From: Nitrosopumilus sp.
GTDB lineage: Archaea; Thermoproteota; Nitrososphaeria; Nitrososphaerales; Nitrosopumilaceae
Direction: 5' to 3'
Assembly (NCBI GenBank): GCA_965223425.1
Contig: OZ245003.1
Coordinates: 1,824,001-1,888,000 of the forward strand
Length of the DNA: 64,000 nt
The notes below the pieces were generated by a model. The model was given only the letters and a program-made list of their open reading frames with translations. It ran no database searches and had not been told where the DNA came from. How positions within the stretch are numbered: position 1 is the first letter of the stretch; each line of letters starts with the position of its first letter. Position numbers and translations under genes: made by a program. Of this stretch, positions 54,462-64,000 are shown in pieces.

Positions 54462-55827
54462 CAGTAGTTCCCAGATGTAGATTTACCGCAACCGCAACTG
54501 GCATCGGTTCTACTTGCCTCGATCATTGACAAACAACTCGTTTCTGCTTGTAATGTACACGATAAACAACGCCATGGTGAGTTTTTTTCCCGCAGAAGAC
54601 ACTCTTCCATGCCTCTTTCCCGCATCAAGGCAGAACCTGGCAATCCTCCACAGGTTGTACAGCAGCAGCGGCAGGTAAAACATCAGCAGCCTCACAGACA
54701 GGGAGTTGCTGCATGTCCTGCCCATGATCTCCTTTATGACGCGAAACCCCGTCTCGATGCCCCATCTCTTGCGGTACTGCTCCGGTATGATGCCTGTCAT
54801 GGCTCTGGCGCTCCTGATGGGAATGTTTGTTGCAAACGCAATGTATTGCTCCTCCTCCTCTTCCCCCTCCCCCTTTTTCTTCTTCTTCCTGTCTCTTTTG
54901 ACAATTACAAGGTTGTAGGTCACAGTTACGCCGTCTTTGTTGGTCATTGACTGCTGCGATACCTGGCTTGCCTTTCCGTCCTTGTACATCTTGACTATCC
55001 TCTTGATCTTGGAGTTCATGATGACAGGCATAATGTAGCGGCACCCGCCCTTTCTTGCCTCTGTCATGCAGTCAACGTTGTAAAAGGCGCGGTCGTACAG
55101 GAACACAGTCTTTGAGTGTGCGCCCCCTCTGAGGATTTTCGTGCGTGTTTTGGCTATAAAATCGGCCAGTTTTTCCTTTGCCGGTAGTAGCTTCGATTCC
55201 AGGACAATCTGCGAGGAGTCCCTGCCGACTCCGTGCACTGCGACATACGAGAGAAACGTGGATGTTCCTGCCCTTGGACGCGACTTTCTTGTATGCTCCT
55301 GCAGCTGCTCCCCATGGTATGGTATGTCCGTAACGTCTATTGCAATGGCGTCGATGTCCTGCAGCATTCCTGCACGGCAGGCGTGCCGCACCGTGCGTGC
55401 CAGCGTCCTTGCACACCAGGCCTGCACGTCTGCCGGTTTGACGCCACGGACTGCAGACATGACCAGGTCTGCATCAGGCGTACGTGCACCCGTGTCTTGA
55501 AGCCTGTTGTGCCGTACGAGGGATTCTACAAACGTGTTTCTCTCAGACGCCTTGATTAGCACGTCCAGTATGTCATTGCATCCGTATACGGCGTTGTGCC
55601 TCTCAGACATTGGCATGCCAAGCTTTTGAAACGACGAGCGCAGGATTTTAAACCGGTTTGATGTTATATTGTACTGGCGTGCGATCAGTTCGTCATGTAA
55701 TTCGACTTTCATGACATATTGCACGCCGTAGCCTAATCTGGATCTTTGCATTGCAGCTATGCGGTAACGCACCGGCATCTGGGCATAAACCTACATCTAG
55801 GCACAAATCTACATCTGGGAACTACTG
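54462..55827 (-). mobile_element. Complete ISH3-family element
   Basis: Perfect 23-bp TIR CAGTAGTTCCCAGATGTAGATTT; TSD ACAT. Confidence 0.92.
54510..55778 (-). CDS. ISH3-family transposase (start uncertain)
   Basis: AIDVT, LYDRAFY, YRKRWGIETGFR. Confidence 0.88.
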   Translation of the reverse strand: MPVRYRIAAMQRSRLGYGVQYVMKVELHDELIARQYNITSNRFKILRSSFQKLGMPMSERHNAVYGCNDILDVLIKASERNTFVESLVRHNRLQDTGARTPDADLVMSAVRGVKPADVQAWCARTLARTVRHACRAGMLQDIDAIAIDVTDIPYHGEQLQEHTRKSRPRAGTSTFLSYVAVHGVGRDSSQIVLESKLLPAKEKLADFIAKTRTKILRGGAHSKTVFLYDRAFYNVDCMTEARKGGCRYIMPVIMNSKIKRIVKMYKDGKASQVSQQSMTNKDGVTVTYNLVIVKRDRKKKKKGEGEEEEEQYIAFATNIPIRSARAMTGIIPEQYRKRWGIETGFRVIKEIMGRTCSNSLSVRLLMFYLPLLLYNLWRIARFCLDAGKRHGRVSSAGKKLTMALFIVYITSRNELFVNDRGK

Positions 55828-56699
55828 ACATGCCAGAAGGTCTGGTGCGGGGCGCAAACCGGTACATGACAAAAACAAGCTTGCATTTCTCTGCATACTC
55901 ACGGTGTGCCTTGACTTTACATTCAGGGACATGGAGAATCTTGCAGCTCTGCTGAGGATGCCGTGGAACGAACCCCTGCCGGATCACAGCACCATTGCCA
56001 GGTTCACGCAAAAGATTCCTGTTGCATGGCTTGAGGACACGGTTGCCGTCACGGCAGCATCGTGCCTTGCAGGATTTGATGCCTCTGATCTTGCGCTGGC
56101 ATCAGACAGCAGCGGCGTTGCCACTGACAGGTATGAAAGGGTGCAAAAAAAGGCCAAAAACAGGCACAACAGGAGGCAAAGCGTCAAAAAAAGTATCTGA
56201 AATGGCACGCGGCCTCGGTACTGGGCCTGCAGGTCATATTCTCCTGCCGCATCACATCCAACAGGATGGCAGACACTGCAGTTTTGCCTCGCTGCTAAGG
56301 AAGATCAAAAAGACAGGCATTGCCTTTGCAGGCAGGTTCAACGCAGACAGGGGGTATGACTCTGATAGGAACTGCAGGCTTGTCTTTGGTGCCGGCATGA
56401 CCCCGAACATAAAGCAGAGGGGCAATGCCGTGAACAGAACAAAAAAGTTCAGGAAAAAGGCCGCAGGGCTGTTTGACGGGGAGATCTACAAAAAACGAGG
56501 CATGATAGAGGGAATATTTGGAGCAGAGGAGACAGAGGGCCACCGGTTGCTGTGCAGGTTCAGAAAGACATCCACAAGAAGGCGGTTTGGACTGTGCAAG
56601 ACAATAGGATGGAACTTGGAAGTGTTAAACCGTCTAGAGTGCGCCGCAAGGCGAAATATTCAGGTGGTGGCAGCTTGATGTGAATTTGGCGACAACCCC

Positions 56700-57079
56700 T
56701 GTCAGACAACGGAAGGTACTTTGTTACAATGCGCAACTGGCCTCCCGGAAAGAGATGGAAGCCCACTGACTTTGAGAACGAGCTGCTAGAGCAGGGCATC
56801 GGCCTGATAAACTCCAGGCCGTACCATCCTCAGACAAACGGCAAGCTGGAGAGGTTCTTCCAGACGCTTGAGAAGGAGCTGGTTCACCGCAAGGGAATGC
56901 AGGAGTATGTCGATTATTACAACGAGAGGCGGCTTCACTGGGCACTGGATATTGACAACTATGAAAAGCCGCTTGAGGCGTTTCGCAACAAAACGGCTAC
57001 TGAAGCGATCAGAAAAAGCAACCCAAAATGGATGGAAGAGGAGGCAGATGTTAGTGAGACCTAATTTTCATATAATACA
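56700..57079 (+). mobile_element. IS481-family C-terminal fragment and right end
   Basis: SDNG...YHPQTNGKLER; ends TTTTCATATAATACA. Confidence 0.83.
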
Positions 57080-57154
57080 TATAGATAGAATTTTTTAATC
57101 ATCTTTATTTCACCACTAGAAAATAACAACACAGAAGAACGGTTCAGGTAGACT

Positions 57155-57490
57155 TTGCAGTACCAGTCAGAGCTATTTCAGCATCCGGAGTTTTACATCA
57201 GATCCTCTTTTTGCGGCAAATACATCATATGGACTAGAGAAAGAGCCAAAGAGGATTGCAAAATGGCAGTTAGTCATACAATTGCCGAATTGCCATTGGT
57301 GGTTTTATTAGGAGGGGACATTTCGTTAGAAGCATTTCCGGAATTCCAAAACATGATTTCCATTTTTGGCGCAGTTACACTGTTTGTGTTTACAGGAATG
57401 CAAATCAAAACAGTATTTAGAAAAAAAGAACTCACGTTATCTAATCCAGAGTATGATGATAGGTTCAAGTTTAATTCTAATTTATTTTGA
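57155..57490 (+). pseudogene. Decayed LysE-family translocator fragment
   Basis: ISASGV, LFAANTSYG and MAVSHTIAELPLV in shifting frames. Confidence 0.6.
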
Positions 57491-57517
57491 AATTACATTT
57501 TTGACAGAAATTATACC

Positions 57518-57757
57518 TTAGCTGCAATCTAAAATTTCAACTCGAGGCTCACATACGTCATTGAATAAATCAATTTTCTCAACTATGACTTCACAGACTT
57601 CAGGATCAAGAGACTTTTCATACGAAGCAATTTCATTTAAAATCACCATATGTTGTATGCCACAAGATTTATCAGAATAATTAATGAGAATTACAACAAT
57701 TGAAATTCCAATCACAATTAATATTATATTTCTTAAACTAACTTTTTGAAATGTCAA
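57518..57757 (-). CDS. Small membrane-anchored protein
   Basis: One TM helix and four Cys. Confidence 0.65.
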   Translation of the reverse strand: MTFQKVSLRNIILIVIGISIVVILINYSDKSCGIQHMVILNEIASYEKSLDPEVCEVIVEKIDLFNDVCEPRVEILDCS

Positions 57758-58793
57758 TTTCCATTATAGAGACGTTACGTTGTTTTCCATCTTGAGAAGT
57801 AAGAGAATCAGATGAAATTCTCACATCACTGACAACATAACCTACATAATCCATTCTTTTAACAATCATTTGGGATACATCAACTGCTTGGGTAATTCTT
57901 TTTCCTCTAGCTTTAATGGTTACAGTTTGTCTTGTTGAAAGTTGGGTTAAAGTTGCTGAAACATAAGTCATTAGTGGTTTTGTACCAACAAAAACCACAT
58001 CACGATCTTCTAAAGGTTTAGTGGAATCTGTAGTTTCGCCAGATCGTTCTGGTTCCGGTGTTGGTTCCGGTGTTGGTTCCGGTGTTGGTTCCGGTGTTGG
58101 TTCCGGTGTTGGTTCCGGTGTTGGTTCTGGTTCCGGTGTTGGTTCCGGTGTTGGTTCCGGTGTTGGTTCTGGTTCCGGTGTTGGTTCCGGTGTTGGTTCC
58201 GGTGTTGGTTCCGGTGTTGGTTCTGGTTCCGGTGTTGGTTCCGGTGTTGGTTCCGGTGTTGGTTCTGGTTCCGGTGTTGGTTCCGGTGTTGGTTCTGGTT
58301 CCGGTGTTGGTTCCGGTGTTGGTTCCGGTGTTGGTTCTGGTTCCGGTGTTGGTTCCGGTGTTGGTTCCGGTGTTGGTTCCGGTGTTGGTTCTGGTGTTGG
58401 TTCTGGTGTTGGTTCTGGTTCCGGTGTTGGTTCCGGTGTTGGTTCCGGTGTTGGTTCTGGTTCCGGTGTTGGTTCCGGTGTTGGTTCTGGTTCCGGTGTT
58501 GGTTCCGGTGTTGGTTCCGGTGTTGGTTCTGGTTCCGGTGTTGGTTCCGGTGTTGGTTCCGGTGTTGGTTCCGGTGTTGGTTCTGGTGTTGGTTCTGGTG
58601 TTGGTTCTGGTTCCGGTGTTGGTTCTGGTGTTGGTTCTGGTTCCGGTGTTGGTTCTGGTGTTGGTTCTGGTTCCGGTGTTGGTTCTGGTTCCGGTGTTGG
58701 TTCTGGTTTTGTTCTAGAGTCAAATTCTGATAAAATGTCTTCTGCGTCTTTTGATTTTTTAGAGTCACTCAATTTAAATTCCTTTTCTAACAA
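57738..58793 (-). CDS. Alba DNA/RNA-binding protein with 220-aa PEPT repeat extension
   Basis: VFVGTKPLMTYV...IKARGKRITQAVDV...RNVSIMEI. Confidence 0.9.
   Translation of the reverse strand: MLEKEFKLSDSKKSKDAEDILSEFDSRTKPEPTPEPEPTPEPEPTPEPTPEPEPTPEPTPEPEPTPEPTPEPTPEPTPEPTPEPTPEPEPTPEPTPEPTPEPEPTPEPTPEPEPTPEPTPEPTPEPEPTPEPTPEPTPEPTPEPTPEPTPEPEPTPEPTPEPTPEPEPTPEPTPEPEPTPEPTPEPTPEPEPTPEPTPEPTPEPTPEPEPTPEPTPEPTPEPEPTPEPTPEPTPEPTPEPTPEPTPEPERSGETTDSTKPLEDRDVVFVGTKPLMTYVSATLTQLSTRQTVTIKARGKRITQAVDVSQMIVKRMDYVGYVVSDVRISSDSLTSQDGKQRNVSIMEIDISKS
58047..58706. repeat. 12/18-bp coding minisatellite (PEPT/PEPEPT)
   Basis: GGTTCCGGTGTT units, 660 bp. Confidence 0.95.
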
Positions 58794-58813
58794 AATCTTC
58801 TTTCGCTTTTATT

Positions 58814-59062
58814 TTAATTTTTAAGGTCTTGCCCTTTAACATAGTCTTCAAATAGCTTTTCAAGTTCTTCATCATTAGTACAATTTTTAATTTTCTCAAC
58901 TAATTCTTCTTCCTCGATTTCATAGCAATTTAGAACATCTTGAGAATCTTTGAAAATTAGAATTGCTTTATTTTTGAATACACAATGATAGAGTTTTTCT
59001 TTTTCCATCTTCTCAGGTTTAAAATTCAGACCATTCTCATCCACTGAGACAGGATATTCCAT
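58814..59062 (-). CDS. Hypothetical protein
   Basis: MEYPVSVDENG; host-like composition. Confidence 0.7.
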   Translation of the reverse strand: MEYPVSVDENGLNFKPEKMEKEKLYHCVFKNKAILIFKDSQDVLNCYEIEEEELVEKIKNCTNDEELEKLFEDYVKGQDLKN

Positions 59063-59135
59063 GAAAATAATGAAATTAATCAATATTTAGATGAATACAC
59101 AATATTGTAATAATCAAAAAGAATTCAAGAAGTTA

Positions 59136-60230
59136 TTGGAAACAAGAGTGGTTTTCCACATAGATTTTGATTATTTTTATGCCCAATGTGAAGAGATAAG
59201 ATCGCCTGAATTAAAACTCAAACCAGTTTGCGTTTGTGTATATTCAGATAGAGGCGGAGATAGTGGTGCAATTGCTACTGCAAATTATACTGCAAGAAAA
59301 TATGGCGCAAAATCAGGAATGCCGATAGTTTTTGCAAAAAAAAGATTGGAGGAAAGAAAAGACGCAGTATTTTTGCCAGTAGATTTTGATTATTATGGAG
59401 AAATCTCTGAGAAAGCAATGGAAATTATGAACAAGTATGCAGATATTTTTGAATATGTTGGCAAAGATGAAGCATACTTGGATGTAACAAAAAGAATAGA
59501 AGGAAACTTTGAAAAAGCGAGTCATCTTGCACAACAAATTAAAAATTCAATTAGAGATAAAACAAAACTTAGTTGTTCTATTGGAATCTCGCCAAATAAA
59601 TTAATGTCAAAGATTGCATCAGATTTTCAAAAACCGGATGGCATTACAATTGTATCTCCAGATAAAATTGAAGAGTTTCTAGAGTCATTAGAGATAAGAA
59701 TAATACCAGGCATTGGAGGGAAAACTGAAAAAAGATTTTCAGAAATGAGTCTAAAAACAATTCAAGATGTAAAGAGCTTAGATGTGTTTACTTTGAACAA
59801 AGAATTTGGAAGAAAAAACGGCACTTACATTTACAACGCAATTAGAGGCATCGATAACGATCCAGTCAAAGAAAGAGACGCCAGAATACAATATAGCAAA
59901 ATTACAACATTGAAAGAGGATTCAAAAGATTACCAATTCTTGTCTGAGAACATAATTGAGCTATGCAAAGAAGTGCATGAGATTATTATGAAAAATAATC
60001 AAATGTTCAAATCAATTGGAATACATTTTGTGCAATCAGATTTGTCAAACAAATCAAAATCAAGAATGCTAAGAAACCCAACTACAAATCTTGAAGAATT
60101 ACAAAAAAACGCAGAACAGTTATTAAAAGAAGCATTAGAAAACCAAGAAATTACAATTAGGCGATTAGGGGTAAGAGTTTCAGAGCTCTCAGAAGTAAAA
60201 GGCCAAAGTGATATTACAAGTTATTTTTAA
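59136..60230 (+). CDS. dinB: Y-family DNA polymerase IV
   Basis: HIDFDYFYAQCE, ATANYTARKYG, GKDEAYLD, IRRLGV. Confidence 0.95.
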   Translation: METRVVFHIDFDYFYAQCEEIRSPELKLKPVCVCVYSDRGGDSGAIATANYTARKYGAKSGMPIVFAKKRLEERKDAVFLPVDFDYYGEISEKAMEIMNKYADIFEYVGKDEAYLDVTKRIEGNFEKASHLAQQIKNSIRDKTKLSCSIGISPNKLMSKIASDFQKPDGITIVSPDKIEEFLESLEIRIIPGIGGKTEKRFSEMSLKTIQDVKSLDVFTLNKEFGRKNGTYIYNAIRGIDNDPVKERDARIQYSKITTLKEDSKDYQFLSENIIELCKEVHEIIMKNNQMFKSIGIHFVQSDLSNKSKSRMLRNPTTNLEELQKNAEQLLKEALENQEITIRRLGVRVSELSEVKGQSDITSYF

Positions 60231-60235
60231 AATAA

Positions 60236-61153
60236 TTATCTCTCTAATTTCTTAAGACGCCTAGATTCTATCAGGATCACGACTAGAATGAATGCAAACA
60301 ACCACGGCAAAAACATGATTTCACCTGCAATTTCATGATATTTTTCCCATGCTACAGGATCAGTTGTGACTTTGAGTGCATACCATGACAATGAGAATAT
60401 TCTAATCAGGTTAACAGTGATTGTTCCAATAATTCCTAAAACAAAATAAACGGCTTTTCTGTTTCTAGGAATATTCATCTTTAGCATGAATGCGCCAATC
60501 ACCAAGGAGAATATGATAATACTGTGAACCCCGGCAGATGGCCAAAATACTTGCAGGGCCATCGAGCCATGATCACCACGCAAAAACATCACATTATCTC
60601 TAGCTACCGCAGTTCCCAGATCAAGTACGGTGATTAACCATACATTTGCTTGAACAAAGTAAGGAACGATGTATTGCAGCGGACCAAGTGTGTCATATGG
60701 GAAAAATGCATCAAGTGAAAGAATTATTGCAGTGCCAGTCAGAAAAATTGGTCCTGCAGGAGCAATTCTAATCCATCGTTTTCCAAAGAAAATTGTCAAT
60801 CCCACAACAATAAAAATTGCCATTACAATGAAATCCCACATCCACGTCCAAGAAAAGATCAACTGCACATCAAACTGTTCTGAAGACTCTACAATGTAAT
60901 CTCGTAAACCATATTCTAATGAAATTAAATAAGAGATTGTAACAAGTGCCATAGGAATTACTGCAAGTAATCGTTTCTTTGAAATGACAATTTTAAGACC
61001 AACAAGTTCAGCAGCTACAAAGACAAGGGCAAAAAGATATCCGCCTCTTCCTTCATTCCAACTCAGAGAAATCGAATCAGGAAACGCAATCATTGCAAAA
61101 AGAATTGGACTGGAAATTATCAAAATTCCAACTATGAGATTCCAATTCTGCAT
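60236..61153 (-). CDS. artG: Thaumarchaeosortase (exosortase family)
   Basis: WNEGRGG, VFWPSAGVHS, NLIRI, YH. Confidence 0.85.
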   Translation of the reverse strand: MQNWNLIVGILIISSPILFAMIAFPDSISLSWNEGRGGYLFALVFVAAELVGLKIVISKKRLLAVIPMALVTISYLISLEYGLRDYIVESSEQFDVQLIFSWTWMWDFIVMAIFIVVGLTIFFGKRWIRIAPAGPIFLTGTAIILSLDAFFPYDTLGPLQYIVPYFVQANVWLITVLDLGTAVARDNVMFLRGDHGSMALQVFWPSAGVHSIIIFSLVIGAFMLKMNIPRNRKAVYFVLGIIGTITVNLIRIFSLSWYALKVTTDPVAWEKYHEIAGEIMFLPWLFAFILVVILIESRRLKKLER

Positions 61154-61396
61154 TATGTTTAACCTAAAAAATGGCAAATAAATATCTCAACCTTACAAGG
61201 TTGAGGACTCGTCAATACCATGTAAGGTGGGAAAAGATGCTATTCTTCTACATCTTCAATCTCATCAGATTCTGGATCTCTCTTGTGAGGTCTAATCGGA
61301 ACATAAATGAATGTCACATCAGTAGTTCAACTAACTCAAAGATACATTTCAAGGTTACAAAAGTTTGCCTAATTGGTAATTTCTAGTACATCAAGG

Positions 61397-61876
61397 TCAG
61401 GGATCAAATTTACATTCAGATTTTAGGGATTTTACAGTTGTAAAATAGGCAACAGCCAAAATGGTAATTGCGATTATTCGGATTGGGATCTCATAATTTG
61501 TTACAAACGCAGTGGCAGTAGCTCCCACAGAACCAAAAGTGGAGATCACAGCAAATCCAATGGGTCCACAGCTACATGCACCGGCAACAGCACCAATAAA
61601 TGAGCCAAAAATTCCTCCGCCCATTTTTTGTTTTGAGCCTTTGAGAATATTGATTCGATATACATTCATTGGAATGACTAGCGCAGACAATGCAGAAAGC
61701 ATCACAATTAATACAAAACCCAGTTCACTTCCAGTAGGTAAGTGACTGACAACGTATGGTTCTAAGAAGATAAATTCAGACAGTATCAACAACCCAATCA
61801 TCATTGACACAAAAATTGCAGACGATAGTAGCAGATATCGATGGTTAGAAAAGACTAACTTGATTATTTGTGCCAT
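61397..61876 (-). CDS. Membrane protein with CSC motif, adjacent to DsbA
   Basis: Four TM helices; GACSCGP. Confidence 0.75.
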   Translation of the reverse strand: MAQIIKLVFSNHRYLLLSSAIFVSMMIGLLILSEFIFLEPYVVSHLPTGSELGFVLIVMLSALSALVIPMNVYRINILKGSKQKMGGGIFGSFIGAVAGACSCGPIGFAVISTFGSVGATATAFVTNYEIPIRIIAITILAVAYFTTVKSLKSECKFDP

Positions 61877-62542
61877 TTAGATCATAGAGTCCAGTACTTG
61901 TTTAAAGACTGGAAATGGTTGTGCGCCACCAAGCTGTTGTTGTCCATCAGGACCGACAATAAAGAATCCAGGAGTTCCTCTAACACCGTGGTCTCTAGCT
62001 TGTTGTATGTTATATTGAACGCGCTTTGAATGTTTTCCAGAATCAAGACAGCTCTCAAATAATTCCATATCAAGACCTAAGCTAAATGCAAAAGCTTCGA
62101 GTCTTTCAGAATTTGCCCAGCCTCCATCAATTTGTGGTTCTTGGGAATTGTAAAGAAGATCATGGTATTCCCAATACAGCCCTTGATCTTCGGCACAATA
62201 TGATGCTTGAGCCGCTTTTGGAGAATCACTCCCCAAAAATGCTAAATCAACAAAAACCAAATTTGCTTTTCCTGTTTCTATATAATCAGTAAATATTGCA
62301 GGTTTTGTGTCGTGAAACCAATTATAACATTGATGGCATTGATAGTCACCAAATTCAACAATAGTGATTGGCGCAGAAGGGTCTCCCAAAATTGGGGAGC
62401 CCATAGCAGTAGAAATTGTACCATGAGTTCTTCCCATATCCAGATTTACAGTTCCAGAGGGGGGAGAATATGAATACGATGCTGCAATTCCAACAACGAT
62501 TGCAACAACAATGATGCCTATAATTACGCCTTTTTTGTTCAT
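61877..62542 (-). CDS. DsbA-family oxidoreductase
   Basis: EFGDYQCHQC, GVRGTPGF. Confidence 0.92.
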   Translation of the reverse strand: MNKKGVIIGIIVVAIVVGIAASYSYSPPSGTVNLDMGRTHGTISTAMGSPILGDPSAPITIVEFGDYQCHQCYNWFHDTKPAIFTDYIETGKANLVFVDLAFLGSDSPKAAQASYCAEDQGLYWEYHDLLYNSQEPQIDGGWANSERLEAFAFSLGLDMELFESCLDSGKHSKRVQYNIQQARDHGVRGTPGFFIVGPDGQQQLGGAQPFPVFKQVLDSMI

Positions 62543-62574
62543 TATTTAAAACAGTAAAAATGAGTTAAAAAAAC

Positions 62575-62790
62575 TTATTCCAGATTACGTGATGGCTTTC
62601 GTTTAAATATATTTACAAATTTTGAGATGGCAGTATCAATTGGACATACCTCACAAGTAACACTTGAAGAGTGCCTATCAAAGTGCTTTTCAAACTTTTC
62701 TCTTGATTCAAAGATTAAATTACATTTATCACAGTAAACTTTTGTTACATTGTTTTTTGATGGCTTCTTCTCCACGCTTATTTTGACCAT
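62575..62790 (-). CDS. C2H2 zinc-finger protein
   Basis: CDKC...HFDRH, CEVC. Confidence 0.75.
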   Translation of the reverse strand: MVKISVEKKPSKNNVTKVYCDKCNLIFESREKFEKHFDRHSSSVTCEVCPIDTAISKFVNIFKRKPSRNLE

Positions 62791-62910
62791 CTAGCGCATA
62801 TAAAGATCCTGTTAAAAGATTCTGTGTAATCTTCGGTTCATAGATTGAAATGTGGATCTTCTCCAAATTGAAATCCATGTATGGTTCTGGTAAACTCTGA
62901 TGATCTGATC

Positions 62911-63972
62911 GGTGTTGTCGCCAAATTCGACCAAATGATAATTTTGTAATTTTTCACGCATATAGATCAGGGAGGTGTGGGTTCCCCAATAACTCACCAT
63001 AAGAGACGTGATCAGTACTAGAAGTACTATCACGATGTCCACACCAGAGAACTGGATTTTCTCACATCCCACAGCTTCTTTGATTGTGGAGAATCCGTCC
63101 TGTACATGCCAGAAGGCTGGTGCGGGGCGCAAACTGGTACACGGCAAAAACAAGCTTGCATTTCTCTGCATACTATGGTGTGCCTTGACCTTGCATCCAT
63201 GGACATGGGGAACCCTGCAGCTCTGCTGAGGATGGATCCGTGGAACGAACCCCTGCCGGATCAGTACTGTTGCCAAGTTCATGCAGAAGACCCGACTGCA
63301 TGGCTTGAAGGCATCATGCCTGCACTGCAGAATCATGTCTTGCAGGGCCTGATGCCTTCTCCAAACCCAAGCTTGCATCAAAGAGCACACCGGCGTTGCT
63401 ACAGGGGATATTACGTGGTGCAAAAAAATGTCAGAAACAGGCACAGATCAGAGGTAAAACGTCAAAGGTGTGTCAAATGGCACGTGACTGCAGTGCTGGG
63501 CCTGCAGGTCATACTCTCCTGCTGCATGACAGCCAGCAATTAGCAGATACCACAGTGTTTGCATCCCTGATAGAGAAGATCAAAAAGACAGGCATTGCAT
63601 TTTCTGGCAGCGTCAACGCATACAAGGGATATGGCTCTGATGAGAACTTTAGGCTTGTCTTTGATGCCGGCATGACTCCAAACATAAAGCAGGGAAGCAA
63701 GCCATGAGCAGCTCAAAGCCATTTCGCAAAAGGGCGGCAGGAATGTTTGATGCAGATGTCTACAAAAAACGCGGCATGGTGGAGGGGATATTTGGAAGAG
63801 TAGGCAGAGGGTCACCGGTTGCTGTGTAGGTTCAGAAAAAAGTCCACAAGAAGGCGGTTTGGACTGTGCAAGACAACAGGATTGAACCTTGAGGTGCTAA
63901 ACCGTTTGGAATGCGCCGCAAGGCGGAACATAATGGTGGTGGCAGCTTAGATGTGAATTTGGCAACAACCCC
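62911..63972 (+). mobile_element. Third, heavily decayed IS5 copy
   Basis: Ends GGTGTTGTCGCCAAATTC / GAATTTGGCAACAACCCC; many frameshifts; no TSD. Confidence 0.88.
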
Positions 63973-64000
63973 ACGACAAGATCAGGGGGCGGTGAAAGAT

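Larger units (their letters stand above)
54435..56699 (+). mobile_element. Second IS5 copy: 5'-truncated, interrupted by ISH3, frameshifted
   Basis: Near-identical to 3663-4559; right TIR intact. Confidence 0.9.
47126..57079. mobile_element. ~10-kb nested/composite island bounded by IS481-type left and right ends
   Basis: Direct repeat TATAGATAGAATTTT at 47111-47125 and 57080-57094. Confidence 0.78.

Noticed and set aside
58010-58824. QHRN, GSGV and VLVP repeat ORFs; possible CRISPR array
   Set aside because: Alternative frames of the PEPT minisatellite; no unique spacers and no cas genes
61190-61390. ACAT-CAGTAGTTCAAC resembling an ISH3 end, with a transposase-like peptide
   Set aside because: No partner end; similarity too weak to call
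1-64000. tRNA, rRNA, integrase or prophage genes
   Set aside because: None recognised by eye; a tRNAscan or Infernal run would be needed to exclude small RNAs

Overview
AT-rich backbone of a Nitrosopumilaceae-type ammonia-oxidising archaeon. It carries proS, smc, ino1, dys, dinB, thaumarchaeosortase, Alba, egtB/egtD, and a full ureABCEFGD cluster with two DUR3-type urea transporters. The serpin, large secreted S8 proteases, orphan LivK-like binding protein and very high IS load resemble sponge-associated thaumarchaeotes (inference). IS5, IS630, ISH3, IS481 and IS110 elements are often nested, and several ends and target duplications can be read directly. Most notable: (1) a transposase-less 1.8-kb cassette (36917-38710) with 50-bp inverted ends and an 8-bp TSD, carrying a PIN pseudogene and a (GAA)64 ORF; (2) a methyltransferase-HNH fusion whose natural start is out of frame at a G11 tract (candidate phase variation), behind an AbrB-like gene; (3) a two-loop bridge-RNA-like structure 5' of an archaeal IS110 recombinase; (4) a ~10-kb IS481-bounded island with a 15-bp direct repeat and non-IS cargo; (5) two copies of a 100-bp MITE with 8-bp TSDs; (6) coding repeat expansions, including 220 aa of PEPT fused to Alba and a Ser27 tail on UreG. 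All calls are by eye; no database searches were run.
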